DNA of 64,000 bases from an uncultured Chloroflexia bacterium (lineage in GTDB: Bacteria > Chloroflexota > Limnocylindria > Limnocylindrales > CSP1-4): assembly GCA_963707215.1 (NCBI GenBank), contig CAVPPB010000003.1, positions 512,001 through 576,000 of the forward strand, written 5' to 3'. The position numbers and the translations under genes were made by a program. Below the pieces are notes generated by a model. It had not been told where the DNA came from and searched no databases. It saw only the letters and a list, made by a program, of their open reading frames with translations. The first letter of the stretch is position 1, and every line of letters starts with the position of its first letter. Of this stretch, positions 30,259-39,547 are shown piece after piece.

Positions 30259-31091
30259 GCGTAGAGCTCCTCCTCTTCCGGGATGTCCTGCCGCTGGGCC
30301 GGCAGCAACATCGCGATCTCTTCGTCCTCCTCGTCCTCCTGCCGCTGGGCCGGCAGCGCCTGGAGGAGCTCCTCCTCTTCCGGGATGTCCTGCCGCTGGG
30401 CCGGCAGCATCTGGGCGTACTCCTCGAGTTCCTCGTCGTCCTGACGCTGAGCCGGCAGCATCCGGGCGGCGGCCTGGTCGCCGGCGGCCTGGTCGCCGGC
30501 GGCGGGGGAGGCCATGGCAGCGTCCGCGGTCCGCTCGGCGGCACGCTCGAACTCGTCACCCGGGTCCGACACGCTCAGGCCACCTCCGACCGGCGTCCCG
30601 GCGACCGGCCCCGAGCGTTGCTGGACGACGTGGGCGAGCTCATGGGCCAGGGTCCGCTTGCCCTCGTCCGTGTCGGGCGACCAGCGGTCGGAACGGAAGA
30701 CGACGTCGGAGCCGACGGTGTACGCCTGGGCGGCGATCGAGCGGGCTGATCCACTGGCCTGCGAGTCGTCGTGGACCCGGACGTCGCCGAAGTCGGCTCC
30801 GAGGCGGCCCTCCATCTCGCGGCGGAGACCCGGCTCGAGCGGCCGGCCCCCTCCCGAACCGACCACGTCGAGCACCGACGATCGGTCGCCTTCCTCCTCG
30901 GGGGACAGCAACCGGCTGACGGTGGCATTGCCGGCAAGGCGCTGGAGCTCGAGCACGGCCTGAGCGGTGGTCGAGGCTGGCCCGGCCGATCCGTCCACTG
31001 GACTCGGAGCGGCGGTCTCGTGCTCGACCCGCTCCGGCAGGGGCCCTCGGGTCCGAGTGGACCTCAGGTCCCCTTCCTCGTGCTCACGCAT
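30255..31091 (-). CDS. DUF4157 (eCIS core domain) protein
   Basis: GRPL...MEGRLGADFGDVRVH...AQAYTVGSDVVF...LAHELAHVVQQ, VSDPGDEFERAA. Confidence 0.92.
   Translation of the reverse strand: MREHEEGDLRSTRTRGPLPERVEHETAAPSPVDGSAGPASTTAQAVLELQRLAGNATVSRLLSPEEEGDRSSVLDVVGSGGGRPLEPGLRREMEGRLGADFGDVRVHDDSQASGSARSIAAQAYTVGSDVVFRSDRWSPDTDEGKRTLAHELAHVVQQRSGPVAGTPVGGGLSVSDPGDEFERAAERTADAAMASPAAGDQAAGDQAAARMLPAQRQDDEELEEYAQMLPAQRQDIPEEEELLQALPAQRQEDEEDEEIAMLLPAQRQDIPEEEELYA
30258..30461 (-). repeat. 4 x 51 bp imperfect coding repeat (xLPAQRQ + acidic stretch)
   Basis: MLPAQRQDDEELEEYAQ / MLPAQRQDIPEEEELLQ / ALPAQRQEDEEDEEIAM / LLPAQRQDIPEEEELYA. Confidence 0.9.
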
Positions 31092-31223
31092 CGCGCCGCC
31101 TCCTTCGTCATCCGCCAGGGCACGCTACGGCTCCGGACCGATGGCACCCACCGGGCAAGCCCAGCCTGCGCCGCCGCCCGGACCGCCGCAAGGTCCGTTC
31201 ACGCAGCCGGGCGGCGGACGATG

Positions 31224-31239
31224 TTGCCCCTTCGGGCAG
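31224..31239. promoter_or_regulatory. Palindrome TTGCCC-CTTC-GGGCAG, candidate operator
   Basis: Upstream of the DUF4157 gene; arms identical to 28571-28586. Confidence 0.55.
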
Positions 31240-31275
31240 CCCGTCGGGGTCGCCCGGCCCGGAACGGCTCCGGAC

Positions 31276-31660
31276 TCAGTCGATCTTCGAGCCGACCTCA
31301 CCGATGACCTGCTCGAGGAGCCGCCGGTCGCTGGCCAGACGGTTGTCGTAGCGCCAGGCGTCGACCTCGTCGCGGGCCCGGTACTCGGCGATGGCCCGGC
31401 TCGAGAACCGGCCCCAGGCCCGCTTCATGGTCGTCTCGTGGCTCAACCGGCGGGGCAGGCTGGTGGCGACGATCTGATCGACGAGGCCCGGGCTGAGCCC
31501 TGACGACTTCCACCGGTCGAGGACCGCGGTCGCATCGGCGATCCCGCGACCGCCGCCTCACCGAACGCGGCCGGCTCCTTGCCGTTGAGGCAGGGCGACC
31601 TTGCCCTCGACCTCCGAGCCTTTGGTCCGGGTCGAGATCCTCCTCTGGAACGTCGTCCCT
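31276..31660 (-). pseudogene. Cryptic frameshifted ORF or gene remnant of unknown function
   Basis: Coding-like frame IADATAVLDRWKSSGL...WRYDNRLASDRRLLEQVIGEVGSKID* (31542-31276); upstream part needs frame changes. Confidence 0.5.
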
Positions 31661-31783
31661 AGACGGATCGAACGTCGGAGCAGTGACACCCGGACCCGAC
31701 CTCAGCGGGCTCGACTTGCCCAACGAGATCGGGAGCTCTGGCCTCACGAGCCGGGGCCGCCTCCGTCGGGCCAGGGCCCGCTG

Positions 31784-33967
31784 TCACGTCGGCTGCCGGG
31801 CCAACCGGCCGAAGTGCTCGCCGAACTCCGCCTCGTGGGTCAGCCGGCCGAGCTTCTGGTACTCGCGCTCGGTCGCTCGGACGAGGTCGGTCATCGAGAC
31901 GGGTCGCTCGTCGGCCGCCGCGAGGAAGGCCGCCGCCAGGCACACGTTCCGGATGTTGCCGCCGGAGAGCTTGAAGGCCCGGGCCAGGAACCCGACGTCG
32001 ATGTCGTCCGCGCGGGGCAGGCTCGGTGGCAGGTGGAGCTCCCAGAGTCGACGGCGGTCACCCTCCTCGGGCATCGGGAAGTCGACGATCACGTCGAGGC
32101 GACGCAGGAACGCTTCGTCGAGGTTGGCGCGGAGGTTGGTCGTCAGCACGGCCAGCCCGTCGAAGCGCTCCATCCGCTGGAGGAGGTAGGCGATCTCGAC
32201 GTTGGCGTATCGGTCGCGGGCATCCTTGACCTCGGAGCGCTTGCCGAAGATCGCGTCGGCTTCGTCGAACAGGAGGACCCCGTTGATCCGATCGGCCTCG
32301 GCGAAGATGCGGTCCAGGTTCTTCTCCGTCTCGCCGATGTACTTGTCCACGACCGTGGCCAGGTCGATGACGTAGAGATCGAGCCCGAGGGCCGCTGCCA
32401 CGACCTCGGCCGAGAGGGTCTTGCCGGTCCCGGAGTCCCCGGCGAAGAGGGCCGTCACGCCGCTCCCACGGCCGCCGGACCCGGCCAGGCCCCAGCCGTT
32501 CAGCACCCGCTCGCGATGGCGGACGCGGGCGGTCAGCTCGTGGAGCTGGCTCAGGGGGTCGGGCGGCAGGACGAGGCCGGTCCAAGCGGCTGTCGCCTGG
32601 ACCCGCCGCGCAAGGCGCTCGAGGCCGCCGGCATTCTGTGCTCGGGCACCGGCGGTGAGGTCCGATGCGACGAGCGGTCGCCGCTCGCTCGATGCCGCCC
32701 GCCGGGCCGCGATCGCTGCCCGGCGGATCTGCTCGGGATCGAGGCGGAAGCCGGCCGTCGCGGCCACCGGGTCGAGGTCTGCGACCGCCGCGGCGCCGCC
32801 AGCCCGAGGCTCGTCATCGGGCGGTCCGATGTCGGCTCCGAGGGCGATGTCCCAGGCGGCGCGGCGCTCGGGCTCCGCCAACAGTGGGACCTCAACGACC
32901 AGCGGCACCTCGCGGGACCAGCCGGGATCCCAGCCGCGTGTCCCGATGAGGACCACCTGGCAGGGAGCCTCGGCGAACGCCCGGACGGCGGCGGCGCCGC
33001 GCTCGGCCAGCGGATCGAGGGGCCCGGCCAGGACGACGGCGCCGCGGAGACGAGCCTCCCGGATCACCTCGGCCGCGATGACCGCCGGGTCGTCGCCGCC
33101 GAGTCGCTCCAGGTCGATGCCGAGGGCGGGCTGTCCGACTCCTCGGATGGCCGCGGCGGCGAAGGCGAGCCCGGCCGATCCGGGCCGCTCCCGGAGATAG
33201 CACAGCGGCGTGCCGTCCTCGAGCGACCGGGCCAGCGACTCCGTCCCGTCCGGGCCGGTCGGGCTCGCCTCGAGGGCCAGGGCCTGGAGCTCGGGCTCCG
33301 GCCGATCGTCGCCCAGGAGGTGCGCAGTGACCCGGTCGGGCACTCGCAGGGCCCGGGTAAGGAACGGTCGTGACGGCTCCTCGACGATGACCAGGCCGCC
33401 GCTCACGAGAACCGCTCCGGGGGCGAGCCGTCGTCGTCCGTCCAGGCCACCCGGCGGATCGCCGGCCAGCTCGAGCGCGAGGCCCGCGCTGGCCCGCCGG
33501 CGCGACACGTCGTCGTGGAGGTACGCGTAGAGGCGCTCAAAGCGAGCATCGAGGTCAGGGGCGATCGCCACCAGCAGGATCAGCGTGTCGGCCTCGTCGA
33601 GCCCGAAGGACCGGGCCAGGCGGCGCAGCCGAAGATCGGCGCCACTCCCTTCCGCGTCGGCGGCGCGGGCGTCGAGCCGGGCTCGAGCAGCGGTCGTGTC
33701 AACCGGGTCCGCGTCCGCGGTCCGGGCGGGCCCCTCGAGCAGTTCGTCCACCTGGGCGTCGGAGATGTAGAGCCCCCGGAAGCGGTCGTCGGGCTCTGCG
33801 TCGGCCGCCCGGCGACGGTCGACGGCGGCACGGACCCGGGCCTCGACCAGCGCGACGTGTCCGTACAGGTCGGCCAGCGACGGGTCGTGGCCGGCCGCGG
33901 CGCGCTCCAGGGCCCGCTCCGCGCCAGAGGTCCGGCCGTCCTGGTCGGTGCTCGCGAAGGCGGCCAC
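31784..33967 (-). CDS. CIS AAA+ ATPase (Afp15/Pvc15-like)
   Basis: DDRFRGLYIS N-terminus; ALFAGDSGTGKT, VVDKYIGETEKNL, LLFDEADAIFGKRSEVKDARDRYAN. Confidence 0.93.
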   Translation of the reverse strand: MAAFASTDQDGRTSGAERALERAAAGHDPSLADLYGHVALVEARVRAAVDRRRAADAEPDDRFRGLYISDAQVDELLEGPARTADADPVDTTAARARLDARAADAEGSGADLRLRRLARSFGLDEADTLILLVAIAPDLDARFERLYAYLHDDVSRRRASAGLALELAGDPPGGLDGRRRLAPGAVLVSGGLVIVEEPSRPFLTRALRVPDRVTAHLLGDDRPEPELQALALEASPTGPDGTESLARSLEDGTPLCYLRERPGSAGLAFAAAAIRGVGQPALGIDLERLGGDDPAVIAAEVIREARLRGAVVLAGPLDPLAERGAAAVRAFAEAPCQVVLIGTRGWDPGWSREVPLVVEVPLLAEPERRAAWDIALGADIGPPDDEPRAGGAAAVADLDPVAATAGFRLDPEQIRRAAIAARRAASSERRPLVASDLTAGARAQNAGGLERLARRVQATAAWTGLVLPPDPLSQLHELTARVRHRERVLNGWGLAGSGGRGSGVTALFAGDSGTGKTLSAEVVAAALGLDLYVIDLATVVDKYIGETEKNLDRIFAEADRINGVLLFDEADAIFGKRSEVKDARDRYANVEIAYLLQRMERFDGLAVLTTNLRANLDEAFLRRLDVIVDFPMPEEGDRRRLWELHLPPSLPRADDIDVGFLARAFKLSGGNIRNVCLAAAFLAAADERPVSMTDLVRATEREYQKLGRLTHEAEFGEHFGRLARQPT

Positions 33968-33969
33968 GG

Positions 33970-34845
33970 TCAGGGCCGCGAGATCCCGCGGACACGGACG
34001 ATGCGACCCTCGCCGAACCCAGCGATGTCCGGGGGCGTGCCGGCGACCGGCGGCTCGGCGTCGGCGTCCCTGGTGCCCTTCGTTCGGCGTCGTCGCCCCC
34101 CGGCCGCCTCGTGAGCCGTGGGCGATCCGTCGGTCGTGGTCGGGTGCCGCAAGCCGGTCGCGCCGCCCTGGACGATCTCCTCCTGGAGGGCCGCGTCGCC
34201 GGGCCCGAGCCGTCGAGCTGCCCGACGAGACGGTCGGCCGTGGTCGGAGCCGATCCGCTCGGACGCTCCGTCGGGGGAACCGATCCCGAGCATCGGGCCC
34301 TCGAGGACCGGCGCCGCGACCTCGGCGGTGACGTCCGGGTCGAGCGGCGCGATGGCGATCAGGTCGAGTGACGGCTTCAGCTCCCCGCCGAGCGCCGACC
34401 ACACGTCGGCGACGGAGCGGTCCTGGGGTGGGGGCTGACCGACCAGCAGGTAGACGGGGTATGGGGCGTCAGCGAGGGCCCCGCCAACCAGTTCGACCGG
34501 GATGAACTCGTGACGTACGAGGGTGGCGAGACATGCCGCGAGGAGGCGGTGCTCGTCCTCCGGACGCTGGGTCCATGCCGTGATCAGGTACGACAGCCGG
34601 AAGCGACGTGCCGGCCGGCGTCGTCCGCCGACCAGGCCGGTGGCCGGGTCCCGGACGTCCTCGCGGGCGATCTCGCGGCGGGGCAGGTCCTCACGGATGT
34701 CGTACAGGTACAGGTCGATCGTCGGCGCGTTGCGGCGCGCGACCCACTCCTTGGTCGGTGCATCGAACTGCAGCTCGACCCGGGAGCCGTCGAGCGCCTC
34801 GCGCCGGATGAGGGCCTCGAGCGCCGAATCCACGTCCGGGATCAT
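33970..34845 (-). CDS. DUF4255 protein (Afp16/Pvc16-like cap/terminator)
   Basis: FDAPTKEW...PTIDLYLYDIRED...LSYLITAW...EDEHRLL...WSALGGELKPSLDL. Confidence 0.9.
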   Translation of the reverse strand: MIPDVDSALEALIRREALDGSRVELQFDAPTKEWVARRNAPTIDLYLYDIREDLPRREIAREDVRDPATGLVGGRRRPARRFRLSYLITAWTQRPEDEHRLLAACLATLVRHEFIPVELVGGALADAPYPVYLLVGQPPPQDRSVADVWSALGGELKPSLDLIAIAPLDPDVTAEVAAPVLEGPMLGIGSPDGASERIGSDHGRPSRRAARRLGPGDAALQEEIVQGGATGLRHPTTTDGSPTAHEAAGGRRRRTKGTRDADAEPPVAGTPPDIAGFGEGRIVRVRGISRP

Positions 34846-34914
34846 CGCGTCCAGTCTCGTCCACGGCCCGGAGACGGGACCCTGGCCGGCGGGCAGCCGA
34901 TGGGGCCGCCGAGG

Positions 34915-34930
34915 CTGCCCGAACGGGCCA
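34915..34930. promoter_or_regulatory. Near-match palindrome CTGCCC-GAAC-GGGCCA
   Basis: Lies in the divergent DUF4255/sheath promoter region. Confidence 0.4.
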
Positions 34931-35024
34931 GGCCGGTCGCCCTCTCGCCCGTCCGGCAGGTCCTTGTCGTGCCTCGGCGGCGGTGGGAGCCTCGACCCGT
35001 ACGCACACCGCAAGGAGTCGTCAC

Positions 35025-36541
35025 ATGCCGAACTACCTGTCACCCGGCGTCTACGTGGAGGAGGTGCAGGCCGGATCACGACCCATCGAGGGTGTCGGGA
35101 CCGCGGTCGCGGCATTCGTCGGCCTCGCCGAGCAGGGCCCCTTCAACGAGCCGCGCCTCGTCACCAACTGGGGTCAGTTCACCGGCACCTTCGGCGAGTT
35201 CATCGAGGGGTCGTACCTCGCCCACGCTGTCTACGGGTACTTCCTCAACGGCGGTGGGGCGTGCTACGTCGTCCGCGTCGGCGCTGACGGCTCGATGCCC
35301 GTCGCGCGAGCGGAGCTGCCTTCGGACAAGGATCCAGCGACCGCCGCCATGCGGGTCGTCGCCCTGGAGCCCGGGCCCGCGGGCAACGACATCTCGGTCG
35401 AGGTGGCCGAGGCGAGCGAACCCGGCGAGGGCGTCTTCAAGCTCATCGTCAAGCAGGACGGCAAGCCCGTCGAGACATTCGACAACGTGACGACCGGCCG
35501 CGGCAAGCAGAGCGTCGCCACTGTCGTCAAGACCCAGTCCAAGCTGATCACGCTCGAGGAGGTCGGCAGCGTGGCCCCGGCGGTCGGCGCCAAGATGGCC
35601 CTCGCCGGGGGAGCGACGAGCGTTCCGGCCACGGTCAGCCCCGACGACTACGTCGGCAACGCCGCCGACCGGACCGGCTTCGCCGGCCTCGAGGCGATCG
35701 ACGAGGTCACGATGCTCTGCGTCCCCGACCTCATGGCCGTCTACGAGCAGGGCGGGATCGACCTGGAAGGTGTCCAGGCGGTCCAGATGGCCACGATCGC
35801 GCACTGCGAGCTGATGGGCGACCGGGTCGCCATCCTCGATGCCCCGCCCGGCCTGAACGCCATGCAGATCAAGGAGTGGCGCGAGGAGAAGGCCGGCTAC
35901 GACTCGAAGTACGCCGCCCTGTACTGGCCGTGGATCAAGGTCTTCGATCCGCTCGCTGGACAGGCCCGGTTCGTCCCGCCGTCGGGCCACATGGCCGGGA
36001 TCTGGGCGCGCAGCGATGACGATCGGGGCGTCCACAAGGCCCCGGCGAACGAGGCCGTCCGCGGCGCGATCTCACTGGAGCTCCAGATCACGAAGAGCGA
36101 GCACGACCAGCTCAACCCATCCGGGATCAACGCGATCCGATCCTTCCCCGGCCGCGGCATCCGCGTCTGGGGTGCCCGGACGCTGTCGTCCGACCCGGCC
36201 TGGCGCTACCTCAATGTGCGGCGGCTCTTCAACTACGTCGAGGAGTCCGATCCTCGAGGGGACGCAGTGGGTCGTCTTCGAGCCCAACGACCTGCGCCTC
36301 TGGGAACGGGTCAAGCGGACCATAAACGCATTCCTGCTCGGCGTGTGGCGGGATGGGGCGCTCTTCGGGGCCACGCCCAACGAAGCGTTCTACGTCAAGT
36401 GCGACGCCGAGACCAACCCACCCGACGTCGGTCGACCGCGGTCAGCTCGTCGTCGAGGTCGGGATCGCTCCGGTCAAGCCGGCCGAGTTCGTGATCTTCC
36501 GGATCGCGCAGTTCTCGGGCGGGGCCGCGCTGAGCGAGTAG
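35025..36541 (+). CDS. Contractile tail sheath protein; two +1 C insertions (about 36248 and 36422)
   Basis: MPNYLSPGVYVEE, YWPWI, PPSGH.AG, GVHKAPAN, VWGARTL, YLNVRRLF; then ILEGTQWVVFEPND and GIAPVKPAEFVIFRI in successive frames; AAGGAG RBS. Confidence 0.93.
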
Positions 36542-36581
36542 TCACGACGGTCGAGCCGACCCAGGGAAGGAGAGGCGGTCC

Positions 36582-37037
36582 ATGGCACGAGGTCTTCCGA
36601 GCCTGCCGAACGATGCGATCGGCGGCGCCAACTTCGCCCTCGAATGCGACGGCATCGAGATCAGCCAGTTCCAGGAGGTGACGGGCATCTCGCAGGAGCG
36701 AGAGGTCACCACGGTCAAAGAGAACGGGCCCGACGGCCAGCTCCTCATCAAGCAGCTGCCCGGACCACCCAAGCCGCCGACGATCACCCTCAAGCGGGCG
36801 GCCAACATGGACAAGGCGATCGCCGACTGGTACGAGGAGGCGCGGACCAAGATCGGATCGGCCCGGCGCAACGGCTCGGTCATCGCCTACGACTTCGAGT
36901 ACAACGAGGTGGCCCGCTGGAACTTCCTCGCCGGGTGGCCATCGAAGCTCGAGATCACCGGTCTCAAGGCCGCGGCCAATGAGCCCGCCATCGAGACGCT
37001 GACCATCACGGCGGAGTACATCGAGCGGGTGAAGTGA
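36582..37037 (+). CDS. Tail tube protein (T4 gp19-like)
   Basis: FQEVTGI, KQLPG....ITLKR, RRNGSV, ARWNF..GWPSK, IETLTI. Confidence 0.92.
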   Translation: MARGLPSLPNDAIGGANFALECDGIEISQFQEVTGISQEREVTTVKENGPDGQLLIKQLPGPPKPPTITLKRAANMDKAIADWYEEARTKIGSARRNGSVIAYDFEYNEVARWNFLAGWPSKLEITGLKAAANEPAIETLTITAEYIERVK

Positions 37038-37038
37038 C

Positions 37039-37446
37039 ATGCTCACGGCCGATGCTCCGGCCGCCGCGACGGCCGGGCTGACGACCGAGTTCCCGTTCGT
37101 CCTGCCGCGGGGCTTCGTCGATGACGAGGGGATCGTCCATCGGGACGGCACCATGCGTCTCGCGACCGCTCGCGACGAGATCCTGCCGCAGCGGGACCGC
37201 CGGGTCCAGGAGAACTCGGCCTACCTGACGGTCCTGCTGCTGTCCCGGGTCGTGACCCGGCTCGGCTCGGTCACCCAAGTGACCCCGGCCACGATCGAGA
37301 ACCTGTTCGCGTCGGACCTGGCCTTCCTCCAGGACCTCTATCGGCGCATCAACGCGGAGGGAACGAGCCAGGCGGCTGTCACCTGCCCGTCCTGCAAGCA
37401 CGAGTTCGCGATCGACCTGGCGGGTGGTCCGCCGGGGGGATCGTGA
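37039..37446 (+). CDS. CIS tail assembly chaperone-like protein
   Basis: TEFPFVLPRGFVD..G..HRDG.MRLATARDEI...IENLFASDLAFLQDLYRRIN...CPSC. Confidence 0.85.
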   Translation: MLTADAPAAATAGLTTEFPFVLPRGFVDDEGIVHRDGTMRLATARDEILPQRDRRVQENSAYLTVLLLSRVVTRLGSVTQVTPATIENLFASDLAFLQDLYRRINAEGTSQAAVTCPSCKHEFAIDLAGGPPGGS

Positions 37447-37598
37447 CGTACGCGCCTGAGCGGCTCCTCGAGGAGGTCGCGTACGTCGCCTACCACCTGC
37501 ACTGGCCCCTCGAGGAGCTCCTCGACCTGGAGCACCCGGACCGCCGCCGCTTCATCGAGGAGATCGACCGGCTGAACCGACGAGCCGAGGAGGACTGA
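37443..37598 (+). CDS. DUF6760-like small protein (not in ORF track)
   Basis: 51 aa MTYAPERLLEEVAYVAYHLHWPLEELLDLEHPDRRRFIEEIDRLNRRAEED; GTGA overlap. Confidence 0.85.
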   Translation: MTYAPERLLEEVAYVAYHLHWPLEELLDLEHPDRRRFIEEIDRLNRRAEED

Positions 37599-37606
37599 TC
37601 GAGGCC

Positions 37607-39526
37607 ATGGACCTGGCTGGGATCTGGCATCGGCTCGTCGGCGGCGAGACCCCGCCTGCCGCCGCGGTCGAGCGACCGGCGGGCGACTCTTGGCGCCGCC
37701 TCGAGCCCATCCGGCCGGTGAGCCGACCGCCGCAGCTCGTCGGGCAGCGCCGCCTCCATGCCTCCGACCTGCCGTCGGTGCCGCCGCTCCGGACGGCGCT
37801 CCAGCCGCTCGGCCACGCCCGCTCGCTGGAGGTCCCCCCGGGCCTCGCCGAGGGGCTGGCCCGGCCAGCGGTCCTCGAGCCGGGCGAGCCGCTGCCCGCC
37901 TCGGTCGGATCCGCCGAGCCCTCGCGGGCCGTGGCAGCCGGGCACGCGACCCGCTGGTCGAGCGCCGTGGGGTCGACTGCCGAGCCCGTCGCAACGGCAG
38001 AGCCGTCGGTCGGACCAGAGGACCGGCCCGGACCCCCGGTCGGCGACGGCCCCGCCGCCCTCACGGTCGCCTCGGCTGGGTCGGTCCGCGAGCTGGAACG
38101 ACCGGTCGGCTTCATCGGCCATCCGAGGACGCCTGCGCCCGTCGCGGCGGCGTCGGCCGGGTCCGCCGCCGGCGCCCCCGCCGACCCGGAGGTGATCCCG
38201 GTCGCGGGGGCTGCGACGTCCGCCGACACGCGCGCTGACGCGTCCGTGCCGTCGCCGGACCCGGCAGCGGCTGCGGCGGCGCCGACCACCCGGGGCCGAG
38301 CTGGCCAGGCGAGCGTGCGAGCGGCCACTGCCGGAGCCGCGACCGTCCAGGAGAACCGGTCCGTGACCGAGCCGGCCAGCGCTGCGAAACGGGCTGCCCC
38401 CGGAGCGTCGGGAGCGCAGCCCGGCCCGACCGTCCGGCCCCGCCGGATCCGCATCGGGCTGCCGCTCGGGACCTCGCTCGAGTCGGTCGCAGCGACGGCT
38501 GCCTCGCCCGAGCCGGTCGCCCGCGCCACCGGTGGCGCCGTCCAGCGGCGGGCCGACCTGCCGGAGGTGCCCAGCCTCCGATGGACCGATCCGGGGCGGA
38601 CCATCGCCCCGCCGGAGCTCGAGGTCGTCCGGGGCCGCCTGCTGACAGTCGGCCCCGGCGTCATCAGGCCGCTCGTCGGCGGCCTCACCCCGACGATCGA
38701 CGGCCCGGCGGGCGGTGCACCGGACGCGGAGGGTGGGGCGCCCGACGAGGCGACCGAGCAGTCTCGTCCGCTCGAGGTCATCGGCATGCGCTTCGATCTC
38801 CCTGGGGTCGAAGGCTCCGCAGACCCGGCGACCGCAGCGGTCCGCCCAGGGGTAGCTGGGTGGTCGACCGGGGCCGGCTCTCGGCCAGCGGCTCTCATCG
38901 CTACCTCGACGTCGCAGACCACCCGACCATCCACCGCTGGCACCGGGCCGTTCGCCGGTGGGCCGGGCCCGACGACCGGCGGTGCCAGCAGCCAGCGGTC
39001 GGCCTCGCCTGGGCCGGACCCGATCAGACCACTCGCGGCGGCCGGGCTCCGGCGCTCGCCGGCCGGCCCAGGGCCGCGCCCGGTCCCGTCAACGACGCCT
39101 TTGGCGCCCCGGTCCCGCGCGAGTTCCGTGCGTGTCGGACCAGCGCTCACGGACCGACACGGGACGGCCTCCGTGCCGCCGGTCTCGGCGGGCAGCGCGC
39201 CCGGGACCGGGTCCCCGAGCGAGGTCACCGCGATCACCGGACAGCGTCGGATCGACGGTCCGATCGGGTCGGTCGAGGGTCACGGCGCAGCGGCGGTCGC
39301 GGACCGGACCACGCCTGTCGAGCCACCGGAGACACCGGTCCAGCGGCGCGACGGAGCGGACGCCGGGACGACGCTCTCGGCCGGCTCGGACGCCGGGCAG
39401 CCCGGCTCGGACAGCGAGCTCGACGCACTGGCCGGACGGCTCTACGAGCGGATGCGGCTGCGGCTGCGGTCGGAGCTCTTGGTGGATCGCGAGCGGGCAG
39501 GCGTCCTCATCGACACGGGGCGGTGA
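37607..39526 (+). CDS. Low-complexity Pro/Ala-rich CIS protein
   Basis: 639 aa; C-terminal ELDALAGRLYERMRLRLRSELLVDRERAG; two VQRR motifs. Confidence 0.75.
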   Translation: MDLAGIWHRLVGGETPPAAAVERPAGDSWRRLEPIRPVSRPPQLVGQRRLHASDLPSVPPLRTALQPLGHARSLEVPPGLAEGLARPAVLEPGEPLPASVGSAEPSRAVAAGHATRWSSAVGSTAEPVATAEPSVGPEDRPGPPVGDGPAALTVASAGSVRELERPVGFIGHPRTPAPVAAASAGSAAGAPADPEVIPVAGAATSADTRADASVPSPDPAAAAAAPTTRGRAGQASVRAATAGAATVQENRSVTEPASAAKRAAPGASGAQPGPTVRPRRIRIGLPLGTSLESVAATAASPEPVARATGGAVQRRADLPEVPSLRWTDPGRTIAPPELEVVRGRLLTVGPGVIRPLVGGLTPTIDGPAGGAPDAEGGAPDEATEQSRPLEVIGMRFDLPGVEGSADPATAAVRPGVAGWSTGAGSRPAALIATSTSQTTRPSTAGTGPFAGGPGPTTGGASSQRSASPGPDPIRPLAAAGLRRSPAGPGPRPVPSTTPLAPRSRASSVRVGPALTDRHGTASVPPVSAGSAPGTGSPSEVTAITGQRRIDGPIGSVEGHGAAAVADRTTPVEPPETPVQRRDGADAGTTLSAGSDAGQPGSDSELDALAGRLYERMRLRLRSELLVDRERAGVLIDTGR

Positions 39527-39547
39527 GGGAGGCAGCGGAGGACGACG

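Noticed and set aside
31558-31560. In-frame TGA as a selenocysteine codon
   Set aside because: The flanking codons look off-frame, a neighbouring frame reads better, and there is no redox motif context.
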